This document shows positions 1 through 13,700 of a DNA stretch of 64,000 nt, piece after piece. The DNA is from Squalus acanthias (Eukaryota). The position numbers were made by a program, and so were the translations under genes. The notes beneath the pieces were generated by a model. It ran no database searches, was not told where the DNA came from, and saw only the letters and a program-made list of their open reading frames with translations. The stretch lies in the NCBI GenBank assembly GCA_030390025.1, contig CM059432.1, forward strand, positions 98,768,001-98,832,000, in the 5' to 3' direction. Numbering within the stretch: position 1 is the stretch's first letter; each line of letters opens with the position of its first letter.

Positions 1-189
1 TAACCACCATTACAAATTTAACTCTGGCTGATCGGGTTTCTCAGGCATCAGGGACCCCGCCAGTTAAAATAAGACGAGGACTGCTGTATCAAGGAGGTAA
101 GTGTCTTTACACTTGCCTCCTGGATCCACTGTCACTGCCTCAGCCACCCTCGTGATCAGAGACCCGCCACGAGACCACCGATCCCGCCC

Positions 190-1000
190 CCCACGATGCC
201 TCTGATCAGCTTCCCAAGGCCGCCGACCCCTCCTCAAGGCCTCCGATATACCCCGCATGATACCTCCAATCCCCCCCACGAGGCCTCCAATCCCCCCCAC
301 GAGGCCTCCAATCCCCCCCACGAGGCCTCCAATCCTCCCCACGAGGTCTCCAATCCCCCCCACGAGGCCTCCAATCCCCCCCACGAGGCCTCCAATCCCC
401 CCCACGAGGCCTCCAATCCCCCCCACGAGGCCTCCAATCCTCCCCACGAGGTCTCCGATCTCCCCACGTGGTCTCCGATTCCCCCACGAGGTCTCCAATC
501 CCCCCCGCATGATACCTCCAATCCCCGCCACGAGGTCTCCGATCCCCCCACGAGGTCTCCGATCCCCCCACGAGGTCTCCAATCCCCCCCACGAGGTCTC
601 CGATACCCCCACGAGGTCTCCGATACCCCCACGTGGTCTCCGATCCCCCCCACGAGGTCTCCGATACCCCCACGTGCTCTCCGATCCCCCCCACGTGGTC
701 TCCGATCCCCCCACGTGGTCTCCGATCCCCCCACGTGGTCTCCGATCCCCCCCACGAGGACTCCGATTCCCCCCACGAGGACTCCAAACCCCCCCACGAG
801 GTCTCCGAACTCCCCCATGAGGTCTCCAATCACCTTCCAAGGCCTCCGACACCTGCTCGAGGGCTCTTATACCTCCACGAGGCCTCCAATCAATTTCTTG
901 AGGCCTCCAATCCTCCCCCCGAGGCCTGCGATAACTGCCCACCCCCCGCTCGAGGCCTGCGATCGCCCCCATGAGGCCTCCGATCGCCTTCCCAGACTTC
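190..1000. repeat. C-rich minisatellite, ~21-23 bp unit (CCCCCCACGAGGCCTCCAAT / ...GGTCTCCGAT)
   Basis: Direct tandem repetition visible in the sequence. Confidence 0.95.
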
Positions 1001-4000
1001 CCCCTCCAGCCCCGATCCATCCAGCCCCCCGATCATTACACACCCCGATCCATCCACCCGCCGATCCATCCACCCCCCGATCCATCCACCCCCCGATCCA
1101 TCCACCCCCCGATCCATCCACCCCCCGATCCATCCACCCCCCGATCCATCCACCCCCCGATCCATCTACCCCCGATCATTACACCCCCCGATCCATCCAC
1201 CCCCCGATCCATCCACCCCCTGATCCATCCACCCCCCGATCCATCCACCCCCCGATCCATCCACCCCCCGATCCATCCACCCCCCGATCCATCCACCCCC
1301 CGATCCATCCACCCCCCGATCCTTCCACCCCCCGATCCTTCCACCCCCCGATCCATCCACCCCCAATCCATCCAGCCCCAAATCCTCCCACCCCCGATCC
1401 ATCCACCCCCCGATCCATCCACCCCCCGATCCATCTACCCCCGATCATTACACCCCCCGATCCATCCACCCCCCGATCCATCCACCCCCTGATCCATCCA
1501 CCCCCCGATCCATCCACCCCCCGATCCATCCACCCCCCGATCATTACACCCCCCGATCCGCCCACTCCCCGATCCATCCACCCCCCGATCCGCCCACCCC
1601 CCGATCCATCCAGCCCCAAATCCATCCACCCCCCGATCCATCCACCCCACGATCTGCCCACCCCCGATCCATCCACCCCCCGATCCATCCACCCCCCGAT
1701 CCTTCCACCCCCCGATCCTTCCACCCCCCGATCATTACACCCCCCGATCCTTCCACCCCCCGATCATTACACCCCCCGATCCGCCCACCCCCCGATCCAT
1801 CCAGCCCCCGATCCGCCCACCCCCCGATCCATCCACCCCCGATCATTACACCCCCCGATCCATCCACCCCCGATCCATCCACCCCCCGATCCATCCACCC
1901 CACGATCTGCCCACCCCCCGATCCATCCACCCCCCGATCCTTCCACCCCCCGATCCTTCCACCCCCCGATCATTACACCCCCCGATCCTTCCACCCCCCG
2001 ATCATTACACCCCCCGATCCGCCCACCCCCCGATCCATCCAGCCCCCGATCCGCCCACCCCCCGATCCATCCACCCCCGATCCATCCACCCCCGATCCAT
2101 CCACCCCCGATCCATCCACCCCCGATCCATCCACCCCCGATCCATCCACCCCCGATCCATCCACCCCCGATCCATCCACCCCACGATCTGCCCACCCCCC
2201 GATCCATCCACCCCCCGATCCATCCACCCCCCGATCCATCCACCCCCGATCATTACACCCCCCGATCCATCCACCCCCGATCCATCCACCCCCCGATCCA
2301 TCCACCCCACGATCTGCCCACCCCCCGATCCATCCACCCCCCGATCCATCCACCCCCCGATCCATCCACCCCCCGATCCTTCCACCCCCCGATCCTTCCA
2401 CCCCCCGATCCATCCACCCCCAATCCATCCAGCCCCAAATCCTCCCACCCCCGATCCATCCACCCCCCGATCCATCCACCCCCCGATCCATCTACCCCCG
2501 ATCATTACACCCCCCGATCCATCCACCCCCCGATCCATCCACCCCCTGATCCATCCACCCCCCGATCCATCCACCCCCCGATCCATCCACCCCCCGATCA
2601 TTACACCCCCCGATCCGCCCACTCCCCGATCCATCCACCCCCCGATCCGCCCACCCCCCGATCCATCCAGCCCCAAATCCATCCACCCCCCGATCCATCC
2701 ACCCCACGATCTGCCCACCCCCGATCCATCCACCCCCCGATCCATCCACCCCCCGATCCTTCCACCCCCCGATCCTTCCACCCCCCGATCATTACACCCC
2801 CCGATCCTTCCACCCCCCGATCATTACACCCCCCGATCCGCCCACCCCCCGATCCATCCAGCCCCCGATCCGCCCACCCCCCGATCCATCCACCCCCGAT
2901 CATTACACCCCCCGATCCATCCACCCCCGATCCATCCACCCCCCGATCCATCCACCCCACGATCTGCCCACCCCCCGATCCATCCACCCCCCGATCCTTC
3001 CACCCCCCGATCCTTCCACCCCCCGATCATTACACCCCCCGATCCTTCCACCCCCCGATCATTACACCCCCCGATCCGCCCACCCCCCGATCCATCCAGC
3101 CCCCGATCCGCCCACCCCCCGATCCATCCACCCCCGATCCATCCACCCCCGATCCATCCACCCCCGATCCATCCACCCCCGATCCATCCACCCCCGATCC
3201 ATCCACCCCCGATCCATCCACCCCCGATCCATCCACCCCACGATCTGCCCACCCCCCGATCCATCCACCCCCCGATCCATCCACCCCCCGATCCATCCAC
3301 CCCCTGATCCATCCACCCCCCGATCCATCCACCCCCGATCCATCCAACCCCGATCCATCCACCCCCCGATCATTACACCGCCCGATCCTCCCACCCCCCC
3401 GATCCATCCACCCCCCGATGCATCCACCCCCCGATCCATCCACCCCCCGATCCATCCACCCCCCGATCCATCCACCCCCCGATCCATCCACCCCCCGATC
3501 CATCCACCCCCCGATCCATCCACCCCCCGATCCATCCACCCCCCGATCCATCCACCCCCCGATCCATCCACGCCCCGATCCATCCACCCCCCGATCCATC
3601 CACTCCCGATCATTACACCCCCCGATCCATCCACCCCCCGATCCATCCACCCCCCGATCCATCCACCCCCCGATCATTACACCCCCTGAGCCATCCACCC
3701 CCCGATCCATCCACCCCCTGATCCGCCCACCCCCGATCCATCCACCCCCTGATCCATCCACCCCCCGATCATTACACCCCCTGAGCCATCCACCCCCGAT
3801 CCGCCCACCCCCCGATCCATCCACCCCCCGATCCATCCACCCCCCGATCCATCCACCCCCCGATCCATCCACCCGCCGATCCATCCACCCCCGATCCATC
3901 CACCCCCCGATCCATCCACCCCCCGATCCATCCACCCCCGATCGTTACACCCCACGATCCATCCACCCCCCGATCCATCCACCCCCCGATCCATCCACCC

Positions 4001-5460
4001 CCTGATCCATCCACCCCCCGATCCATCCACCCCCCGATCCATCCACCCCCTGATCCATCCACCCCCTGATCCGCCCACCCCCCGATCCATCCACCCCCGA
4101 TCCATCCAACCCCGATCCATCCACCCCCCGATCATTACACCGCCCGATCCTCCCACCCCCCCGATCCATCCACCCCCCGATCCATCCACGCCCCGATCCA
4201 TCCACCCCCCGATCCATCCACTCCCGATCATTACACCCCCCGATCCTCCCACCCCCCGATCCATCCAACCCCGATCCATCCACCCCCCGATCATTACACC
4301 GCCCGATCCTCCCACCCCCCCGATCCATCCACCCCCCGATCCATCCACGCCCCGATCCATCCACCCCCCGATCCATCCACTCCCGATCATTACACCCCCC
4401 GATCCTCCCACCCCCCGATCCATCCACCCCCGATCATTACACCCCCCGATCCATCCACCCCCCGATCCATCCACCCCCGATCCATCCACCCCCCGATCCA
4501 TCCACTCCCGATCATTACACCCCCCGATCCTCCCACCCCCCGATCCATCCACCCCCGATCATTACACCCCCCGATCCATCCACCCCCCGATCCATCCACC
4601 CCCGATCCATCCACCCCCCGATCCATCCACCCCCCGATCATTACACCCCCTGAGCCATCCACCCCCCGATCCATCCACCCCCTGATCCGCCCACCCCCGA
4701 TCCATCCACCCCCTGATCCATCCACCCCCCGATCATTACACCCCCTGAGCCATCCACCCCCTGATCCGCCCACCCCCCGATCCATCCACCCCCCGATCCA
4801 TCCACCCCCCGATCCATCCACCCCCCGATCCATCCACCCGCCGATCCATCCACCCCCGATCCATCCACCCCCCGATCCTTCCACCCCCCGATCCATCCAC
4901 CCCCCGATCCATCCACCCCCCGATCCATCCACCCCCCAATCCATCCACCCCCCGATCCATCCACCCCCGATCCATCCACCCCCCGATCCATCCACCCCCC
5001 GATCCATCCACCCCCCGATCCATCCACCCCCTGATCCATCCACCCCCCGATCATTACACCCACCGATCCATCCACCCCCCGATCCTCCCACCCCCCCATC
5101 CATCCACCCCCGATCGTTACACCCCCCGATCCATCCACCCCCGATCGTTACACCCCCCGATCCATCCACCCCCCATCCATCCACCCCCCGATCCATCCAC
5201 CCCCCAATCGTTACACCCCCGATCCATCCACCCCCCGATCCATCCACCCCCCAATCCTCCGACCCCCCAATCGTTACACCCCCCGATCCTTCCACCCCCC
5301 GATTGTTACACCCCCGATCATTACACCCCCGATCCATCCACCCCCCGATCCATCCACCCCCCGATCCATCCACCCCCCGATCCTCCCACCCCCCGATCCA
5401 TCCACCCCCCGACCCATCCACCCCCCGATCGTTACATCCCCGATCCATCCACCCCCCAAT
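1000..5460. repeat. 16-bp minisatellite (CCCCCCGATCCATCCA and variants) with higher-order duplications
   Basis: Hundreds of units with variants GATCATTACA, GATCCTTCCA, GATCCGCCCA; variant patterns recur at a 1057-bp offset. Confidence 0.97.
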
Positions 5461-5828
5461 GCTCCAGCCCTGATCTTTCCACCCCCGATGCTCCGACCCT
5501 GATCCGTCTACTCCCTGATGCTCCGGTCCCGATCTTTCCACCCTCCGATGTTCCGGCCCAGATTCTTCCCTCTCCCCAATGCTCCTCCGGCCCCCGGCCC
5601 CCACCCGATCCCTCCTTCCCTCCTCTCTGCAGCCTACAGGCTTGCCCACCCACAGCCAGCCAGCCTCTCCATCTGACTGGCTGTGGGTGGGAAAGAGAGG
5701 TTTGAAATTAAAATCAGGCCCTGCCGTTAAATTCAGCATGGCCTGGGGGGAACCCATTCTTCCGGGTTTCCCGACCGCTTTCTAGCCCCCCGCTCCAAAC
5801 CTGCCTCCATAATAACATTCAGTCCATT

Positions 5829-5905
5829 AGGTTATGTGCTCAAGTCCTGGAGTGGGACTTGAACCTGCAACTTCTGACTCAGAGGTGACAGTGCTACTAA
5901 ATGAA
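5829..5905 (-). mobile_element. tRNA-derived SINE head fragment (similar to the head at ~24790)
   Basis: Minus strand reads GTAGCACTGTCACCTCTGAGTCAGAAGTTGCAGGTTCAAGTCCCACTCCAGGACTTGAGCAC, which includes a B box. Confidence 0.7.
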
Positions 5906-6179
5906 AAATATTGACACTTCAGGAAAACTTTTACAAGATCAAACTCTTGGCAGGGTACATATCAGGACCTCAGTCATACACTCCCAATTAGGATTGCGAT
6001 TTCATATATTTACTCCTTATAGCTCAATTTCCCACCTATTGAATATGAATTGATGGAAATTTAGTCCTGTAGAAAGTCACTGCTTTTCAACGTTTAGATA
6101 TGAGACCACCAGCAAAATATTATATGTGTTGATGCTTTCTGCGAAGTACTCAGGACAAGTAAATGGCACCTATTCTATT

Positions 6180-6980
6180 ACAACAATGGCAGCTGCATAC
6201 TTTGGGTGCTTCTCTTCTCATTTATCCAGGGACAGGTGCAAGATTTAATGAATATGATAAACAGAAGAGGACCCATCACCAAACCCTGGGGAATGCCACT
6301 GTGCCTGGACCCTATTAGGAAACTAACAATTTAAAACCACCCTTAATTTACAATCCCTTAGCCAATTTGTTGTCCCTCTTGCCATTTCACCTTTCACACC
6401 ATTGGAGCTCATTTTCGTTCACCATCCCTCATAATGCACTTTATCACTTGTCTGGAAATCCAAGTAGATGATGTCAACTGCATTTCCTTGATCCAACATT
6501 CTAGTGGCCTCAAAGAAAACTAGATCAGGTTTCTCAAACATGACTACTGCTTTCTGAAGCTATGTTGGATATTTCCCCCATCAGCCATGCACATTCTAGG
6601 TAACCATTTATAGAATCTCTAATAATGCTTTCAATTAACTTCCCTACCACAGAGGTTAGACTCGCTGGTCTATCATTTCCTTTTGAATTTAACACTTTTT
6701 AAATTGGGGAATCGCATGCATTTTTCTCTACTTACTTGGTTCTAACCCAGTTCTTAGCGAGCTATCAAAAATATTCAGCAAGGAATCCCACAAGACCTCT
6801 GCCATTTATTTCAGTACCCTAGGATAGATTGCCTGCTGCTTTTTCTACCTTGAGTCCTTTCAATGTAGTTAACACCATTTCCCTCGAGATCTGTAAGAAA
6901 CCTTTATGATTTTTAGTCTCATCTCCTATGGACAGATCCAACCTTCTTACAGTTAGAAATAGATACAAGTACTTGTTCAG
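6180..6980 (-). mobile_element. Old degenerate CR1 LINE RT remnant (probably continues ~8265-8555)
   Basis: Minus strand retains SGIPQG and degraded CLxNL/FFE and YLDF-like motifs. Confidence 0.65.
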
Positions 6981-6981
6981 G

Positions 6982-8260
6982 ATTTATGAAAGGGAAATCA
7001 TGTTTGATGAATCTGTTAGCGTTTTTTGAGATTGTAACTAGCAGAATAGATAAGGAGGAACCAGTGGATGTGGTGTATTTGGATTTTCAGAAGGTGCCAC
7101 ACAAGAGGTTATTAAACAAAATTGGGGCTTATGGGATTGGGGGCAATATACCAGCATGGATTGAGGATTGGTTAACGGACAGAAAACAGAGAGTAGGAAT
7201 AAACAGGTCATTTTCGGGTTGGCAGGCTGTAACTAGTGGGGTACCGCAAGGATCAGTGCTTGGCCCTCAGCTATTCACAATCTACATCAATGATTTGGAT
7301 GAGGAGACCAAATGTAGTATATCCAAGTTTGCTGATGATACAAAGCTAGGTGGGAATGCAAGTTGTGAGAAGGATGCAAAGAGGATTCAAGGGAATATAG
7401 ACAGGCTAAGTGAATGGGCAAGAACATGGTAAATGGAATATAATGTGGAGAAATGTGAAGTTATCCACTTTGGTAGGAAAAATAGAAAAGTAGAGTATTT
7501 TTTAAAGGTGAGAGATTGGGAAATGTTGGTGTTCAGAGGGACCTGGGTGTCCTTGTACACGAATCACTGAAAGTTAACATGCGTTACAGCAAGCAATTAA
7601 GAAATCAAATGATATGTTGGCCTTTATTACAAGAGGATTTGAGTATAAGAGTAAAGATGTCTTACTGCAATTATATAGGGCCCTGGTGAGACCACACCTG
7701 GAGTATTGTGTACAGTTTTAGTCTCCTTACCTAAGGAAGGATATACTTGCCATAGAGGGAATGCAACGAAGGTTCACCAGACTGATTCCTGGAATGGGGG
7801 GATTGTCCTATGAGGAGAGATTGAGTAGACTAGGCAAATCTTCTCTGGAGTTTAGAAGAATGAGAGATGATCTCCGTGAAACATACAAAATTCTTACAGG
7901 GCTTGACAGGGTAGATGCAGGAAGGATGTTTTCCCTGGCTGGGGATTCTAGAACCAGGGGTCACAGTCTCAGAATAAGGGGTCGGCCATTTAGGACTGAG
8001 ATGAGGAGAAATTTCTTCACTCAGAGGGTGGTGAATCATTGGAATTCTCTACCCCAGAGGGCTGTGGAGGCTCAGTCGTTGAGTATATTGTGAAGACAGA
8101 GATCGATAGATTTTTGGATATTAAGGGAATCAAGTGATATGGGGATAGTGCAGGAAAGTGGAGATGAGGTAGAAGATCAGCCATGATCTCATTGAATGGT
8201 GGAGAAGGCTTGAGGGGCCGAATGGCCTACTCCTGCTCCTATTTCTTATGTTCTTATGTT
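6982..8260 (+). mobile_element. CR1 LINE, 5'-truncated, disrupted RT, intact 3' end
   Basis: [33 protein letters not shown] and RNFFTQRVV motifs; (TTCTTATG)n tail. Confidence 0.95.
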
Positions 8261-8556
8261 TAGCAGTTTAGCCCTGTCCTTGTAATCACATATAATCCAC
8301 CCAAGTCCTGTTGTAATGTTCCTATTAATTCCCCAACCGACCTTTATCTTTTAACATAAGCAAAAGATGATTTCTCTTATTTTGACTGCTTTCTATGCTG
8401 CTTTTCTCTAGATTTATATTAGCTTGCCTAATATTTTTTTCTGTTAACTCTAAGTCTTAAAATATCTCTTTTTGATTGCTATTTGCAATTTGCCAAATGA
8501 GATCCCCGTATAGCCTTTGTGACTTTCTCACATCATATCCTATTTGACTTCTCTTA

Positions 8557-9040
8557 GGGAAATAAAAGGGCTTTTACCAGCGTAAGAGTTCAAATGGATA
8601 TAAAAATATATATTTTTTTCAATTATTGAAACATTAAAATACCTTTAAAATAAGTTAAGGTCATTTTTAGCCCCTTTAAAATATTTAAATTTATTTTTCA
8701 AAAAATTAACTTTTTGGTTTAAATGTTTAATTAAATTGTATTTTAATTAATTTTAATTAATTTTAATTTATTTGGTATGTAAATGTGTATTTTATGTGAT
8801 CCCCATTCATGCTTATGGAGATGTACGGAATCCCCATAAGCATGAATGGGGATCCCCCTTCTTTCATTCGTTGGGCCGGCCCACGTGATCCCAGGGGCGC
8901 TTGCGAACCGTATGCACCCCTGGGATATGTGGGCCTCTACACATGTCTATGTGTAGAGGCCCAGGAGCGCGAGTCTCTGTGGGTCCCGAGGTAGAAGGTA
9001 GGCACGGATTTTATTTGCGGATCGGAGGCATTTCCCCACA
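8557..9040. mobile_element. Harbinger-type MITE, partial, related to 47928-48678
   Basis: Shares GGCCCACGTGATCCCAGGGGCGC, CTTTTACCAG-CGTAAGA and an AT-rich core with the 47928 element. Confidence 0.7.
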
Positions 9041-9559
9041 GGAATATGATAGAATATGTGTATGATAGAATAACCCAGGGGTGTAACAATAGTATCCCCT
9101 TGTGGTCTGAGCCGACTACTCATGTACTTCTTCAATGAACCGAATAAACATTAGTGAGATGAAGGCTGATACAAATTTATGTCTCTTTTTTCACAGTAGG
9201 AGGAACATACAGAACAACAGTTATGATCAGACTCACTTATTCCAATCATACATTTTGTCTTCACATAATAATGCAAAACAATGCACATGCTGCACTTCCA
9301 CATATCAGTGAGTCATCTTGCTTGATGCAAACGAATCACTCCTAATGACTTTTCTTGCATTTCATCCTTCTGCCACACTTGTGCTGTCTTACAGTATTCT
9401 ATTTCAAAAAACTTAATTGACTACCTTACATGTTTGTATATTATATTGTTTGTTGTTCACAACCAGAAAGGGATCAAAGGATTTACTAAAAATAACTCTT
9501 TTCCAAATCCTTTTTGTGGAAAAAGTGTCAATCGAACCTGAAACATGACAACACAGCTA

Positions 9560-9870
9560 CATAAGGACATAGGAATAGGAGGAGGCCATTCAGCCCCTCC
9601 AGCCTGTTCCACCATTCAATGAGATCATGGCTGATCTGCGACCTAACTCCATTACCCGCCTTTGGTCCATATCATTTAATACCTTTGGTTAACAAAAAGC
9701 TATCAATCTCAGATTTAAAATTAACAATTGATCTAGCATCAATTGCCATTTGCGGAAGACAGTTCCAAACTTCTACCAGTGTGTAGAAGTGTTTCCTAAT
9801 TTCACTCCTGAAAGGTCTGGCTCTAATTTTTAAACTATGCCCCCTAGTCCTAGAATCCCCAACCAGCGGA
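9560..9870 (-). mobile_element. CR1 3' fragment
   Basis: SRTRGHSLKI...FKSEIDSFL on the minus strand plus the CR1 tail. Confidence 0.9.
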
Positions 9871-9952
9871 CTATGCTCCCTTGGTGTGGTAGTCTTATAG
9901 CACAGTTCTAGAAGCACTCTGGTATTTCTGATTAATTCCAGTTGAATCCAAA

Positions 9953-11552
9953 GGCCTTGAAATTGGATATGGCCCGAAAACGGGCGGTGTCACGGGCCAA
10001 CGCTATTTGCCTGTGTCCATTCAAAGTGGTGCAGGCAGCACGCAAATTTGGTGCTGCGTTCTCATTATAATGATTGAAACGCTGATCTCAGCGCTAAACG
10101 CGCTGCTGATTAGTTTAGCGCACAATGGGGGTGGGGGTCCAATATCGGGTGCAGTCTAATGGCCAATAAAGTTTGGCCTAGGCTCTCTTCACTACTTAAA
10201 GGGGAGGTGCTTTGTTGCAGAAGCACCTCATTGTCATTGTGCAGCAAGCTATGACACAACAACCTATGGAGCGAGCAAGGACGTTTACAGATGCTGCACT
10301 GGAGGCCTTGGTCCTGGCAGTGCAACAAAAGTGGGCCTTTTGCCTCCCAGCACCAGCAGGGAGACAAAAGGCCATCCAAGGCCATTTGCAGAAGGTTGTG
10401 GGGGGAGATTGCTGACTCTGTCACGGTTACCAGTGTTGTCCCAAGGACCTGGATCAAGTGCCAAAAAAGTTTAATGACCTCACACGGCAGGTCAAGATGA
10501 GTGAAGGCTTCAGCAAATGCCATATCCCACCATCTGCAACACAAGCCTCACACACTGCTCAATGCACCACACCCCCAGCACTCACCTGTCAACAATCTCT
10601 ACCTTTGACCACTCATAGCTCACAATCATGGCTTAACTTCACCCTCACAACCTTACCACTGCTGCAACACTCACACCCACATCTCACACCTTGCACACAC
10701 TGACAGCTATTCAACTATGGCTGACACACTTCCCTTTTTCTTGCAGGCCAAGATGGCATATGACAGGGGGGAGCAACGGCAGACAGGAGGCAGCCAAACT
10801 GCAATAGAGAACCTGACCGACCTGGAGGAATCGGTGCTTGAACTTATTGGAGGGGCAGTGACAGAGTCCGTAGCCAGCGGAGAAGTTGAAGCTGTTGCTG
10901 ATAATGATGATATGCTCATACATAATCCTTCTTCTCACATCCCACTTCCTCCTCATCCCACAATCTCTTCACACTTACAGGCTGCTGATGGTGTATGCAT
11001 AGATATCTTGCTTTCTCCCCTCCCCTCACCACAACCTGACCCCTGTGCCTTTCTGCTTTCAGATACCCAAGAACTACCAGCGGCCCAGCCTGTCTCTCAC
11101 GTTGAGCAAACTGAAGGAGGAGACGAACGAGAAGAAGACGAACCACCAGCATTGCATTTGACACTCGCAGACATCAGTTCAGAAAAAGGCACTGTGTGAA
11201 ATTTAGTATAGAGGCGGGATCTGCACATGATGAGTCACCAGGCACAAGCGGGCTGCAGCCAGGCCAGAGTTAAAGGGTAGCTCGGGAGCCAGCTCCCCGG
11301 AGGCTGAGATTGCGCACGGGTTCTGCTGCACAGGACTCAGATGATGACCTCAATAGGGCGGCCTTCTGAAGAAGGGTGATGGGCATTCACACGGAGGATG
11401 GCGTTGCACGGAAGGTGAGCGCTGCGCCACCTATCTCCATGCCCCCCCAGGCCAATTTCACTCGGTTAGCGTTGCAGCCATTTCCAGCAGCCATTAACTG
11501 CAGTTGCCGATAACACCGGCAACTTTGCTGGCAAACACGAATTTTTCCCCCT
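9953..11552 (+). mobile_element. Harbinger deletion derivative carrying a decayed Myb/SANT-like gene
   Basis: MERARTFTDAALEAL..W..RTWIKC(P)KKFNDL (Myb/SANT, MSANTD-like); TTGCAG and TTTCAG acceptors; degenerate GGCCTTGAAATT...GAATTTTTCCCC ends. Confidence 0.8.
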
Positions 11553-12837
11553 CTATGTGCCAACAGATTTTTAAATGAACTGACATACAATAAAGATGTT
11601 GAAAACTAATGTCGTTTTGTTATTTTAGATCAGTGACTGGTTTTGTTGCTGCATTCCTGTTCTTATTAATGCTAATCTGTACTGACGAACGAATGTGAAT
11701 TGAAATGACCACAGGGAACACACGCAGAAATAGGTTAGAAGTAAACAAGTGTACTTACTGATTCATACTGACTTAGGTATGCACAGAGTCTTACAGTTAT
11801 TACAATATCAGTTGTGTCATGTCTTATTAACCTTTGAAGTAATTGTCCTTCTAGACAAGTAAGTAAGGTGTTACTTACTGAGATGAGGCAGCAAGCTTTT
11901 CATGAAAATACATGTTTAAACCGTTCAATTTTCAGTACAGATTAATAGATTCATGCAATGTTATGACTGACATTACCAAGTTGTTTATAAAAATTCAATT
12001 CTTTATTTATCAAATGAATGCTCCATAAATTAACATTTCATAAATCTTGTATTTAATGGCAAAAGCTTGAGAAACTTCTCAAAGGCTCAGTGGTAACTAT
12101 ACGACCCAATGTGGTACTGAGCTATAAAGATCAGAAAGGTCCCAGGTTTATTCCCTGGTGTTGAGCTAGCAGATTTCAGCTGGTGAAGCAATAGGAGTAC
12201 AATCCAGTTTAATCAAGACATTTTGATTGCTTTAAGCAGAACAGTCCCAATCCCCTGATCTCTCCTCCTACCATTTACTAATCCTTTAATTAAAAGTTGA
12301 TCTTTTAAGTTATTTTTTCTTAGATGAAATGTGCATCATATGTAGGGGGCGGATTGCTCTGATCACTATGTGTAATTATGCATTATACACTAATGCATTA
12401 TAAACATTTTATTTGCCAATGCATTTACTTAGCATCCAGAGTTTGGTGCCAATTGGCTTCTATCCCAACAGTATAGTTTAAAGGTTCAGTTTAGTTCCAG
12501 AAACTTCTGTTTGAGAGATGAATTAAAAACAAACTGATGTACCTTGTTTAAAAACACACGCTATTATTTTCCATAGACTTCTTCTAATTTTTCACTGTAA
12601 TTTTGACAGGAGATCAACGGACACGATATTCACTTGTTTTTCCAGGATTTCGCTGGATCTTCTGCCAAAGGTGGAAAATCGGAAGAATCCCCATGGAAAT
12701 TCAGCCCCATATTATTGCAAACAATAATTACAGTCCAGAATCTCGATCATTTCAAGATGCTTTATTTTAGTAAAAGTTCTGAGAATACAGTGAAGCTCTT
12801 TGGGCCCCAGTCACCACTGCAGAAAACTGGTAAACAT

Positions 12838-13130
12838 GAAATAAAAACAGAAAATGCTGGAAACACTCAGCAGGTCAGGCAGCATCTGTGGAGAGAGAAA
12901 CAGAGTTAACGTTTCAGGTCGATGACCCTTCGTCAGAACTGGAAAAAGTTGGAGATAGAACAGGTTTTTAAGCAACTGTAGGGGCAGGGAAAGGGGGAGG
13001 GGAGGAAAGAACAAAAGGGAAGGTCTGTGATAAGGTGGAAGGCAGGAGAGATTAAGAGACAAAAGGGATGATGGTGCAAGGCAAAAGGAGATGGTAATGG
13101 GATAAGTAAGAAACAAAAGATGACACTAGA
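12838..13130 (-). mobile_element. Penelope-like terminal repeat fragment with hammerhead motif
   Basis: Same family as 25079-25423 and 47560-47824. Confidence 0.75.
12904..12940 (-). ncRNA. Minimal type I hammerhead ribozyme candidate
   Basis: AGTT-CTGACGA-A-GGGTC atc GACCT-GAAA-CGTT-AACT. Confidence 0.7.
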
Positions 13131-13334
13131 CATGGTTGGATTGAATTTTGCGGGAGCTCTCCCAATTGTCCACTGAAACTCAGCAGAAGATCTGTGGAAG
13201 CATTTTTGAAATTCCTCCAGGATTTCTGCAGAAGTTATGATGGACAGTCAGGAGAACCACCGTGGAAACTAATGGCAATAACGTGCAATGGATGAGTCAA
13301 TTCTGATCTCTCTCTCTGGTCGAGAATTTCCTTG

Positions 13335-13700
13335 ATTGCAGCCACCAAAGTGGGCAGTGATCACCTTCAAAACCACTGAGAAAGCAGTGCAGGCAGATGA
13401 GCATGGCTGCAGGTCTTCATGGAGCAGGGATTCCCTATTGCCTCTTTGGTAGAATGTACTCTTTTATGCAAAAGTTCCTCAGAGAGATCAAAATATGAAC
13501 TGTGCTGCCTGTATATTCTTTGGGTGAGGGGGGTATTACCTGGTGGGCTATATCTTCCTTGAAAGGTGCTGACTGTCCTTAGCTGTATCCTGTGCAGCTC
13601 TGCCTCTTCCTCCTCTATGATAATGGCATAGAGTGATATGTCCATTGGAAAAGCCATATTGCTCCTGAGATGCAGGTAGCGGAGGGGAGATTTGAAACTC
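13335..13700 (-). pseudogene. Harbinger (HARBI1-type) transposase N-terminal remnant
   Basis: QRIYRQHSSYFDLSEE...KEA matches the N-terminus of the 58896 transposase; TIR-like GAAATTCAGCCC at 14129-14140. Confidence 0.7.

Larger units (their letters stand above)
1..5825. mobile_element. Harbinger-type non-autonomous element (left end outside window) hosting the large tandem array
   Basis: Right end ...AACATTCAGTCC followed by ATT resembles the AAAATCCAGCCC/GAAATTCAGCCC termini of other MITEs here. Subterminal CGCTCCAAACCTGCCTCCAT matches the reverse complement of the ATGGAGGCGGGTTTGGAGGCG motif at ~20412. Confidence 0.55.

Noticed and set aside
196..4005. 1269-aa Pro/His-rich ORF and the many Gly/Trp-rich antisense ORFs
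   Set aside because: Products of a stop-poor tandem repeat; several frames are open and give the same cyclic peptide.
190..5460. CRISPR-like array or telomere
   Set aside because: No unique spacers or cas genes, no TTAGGG units, and the context is eukaryotic.
9082..9393. TGTAA...TTACA-bounded segment as a solo LTR
   Set aside because: Flanks (GGGG and GTAT) do not form a TSD.
11630..11700. Possible host exon (TTTTAG acceptor, SVTGFVAAFLFLLMLIC)
   Set aside because: Short, no recognisable homology and no partner exons; needs RNA-seq.
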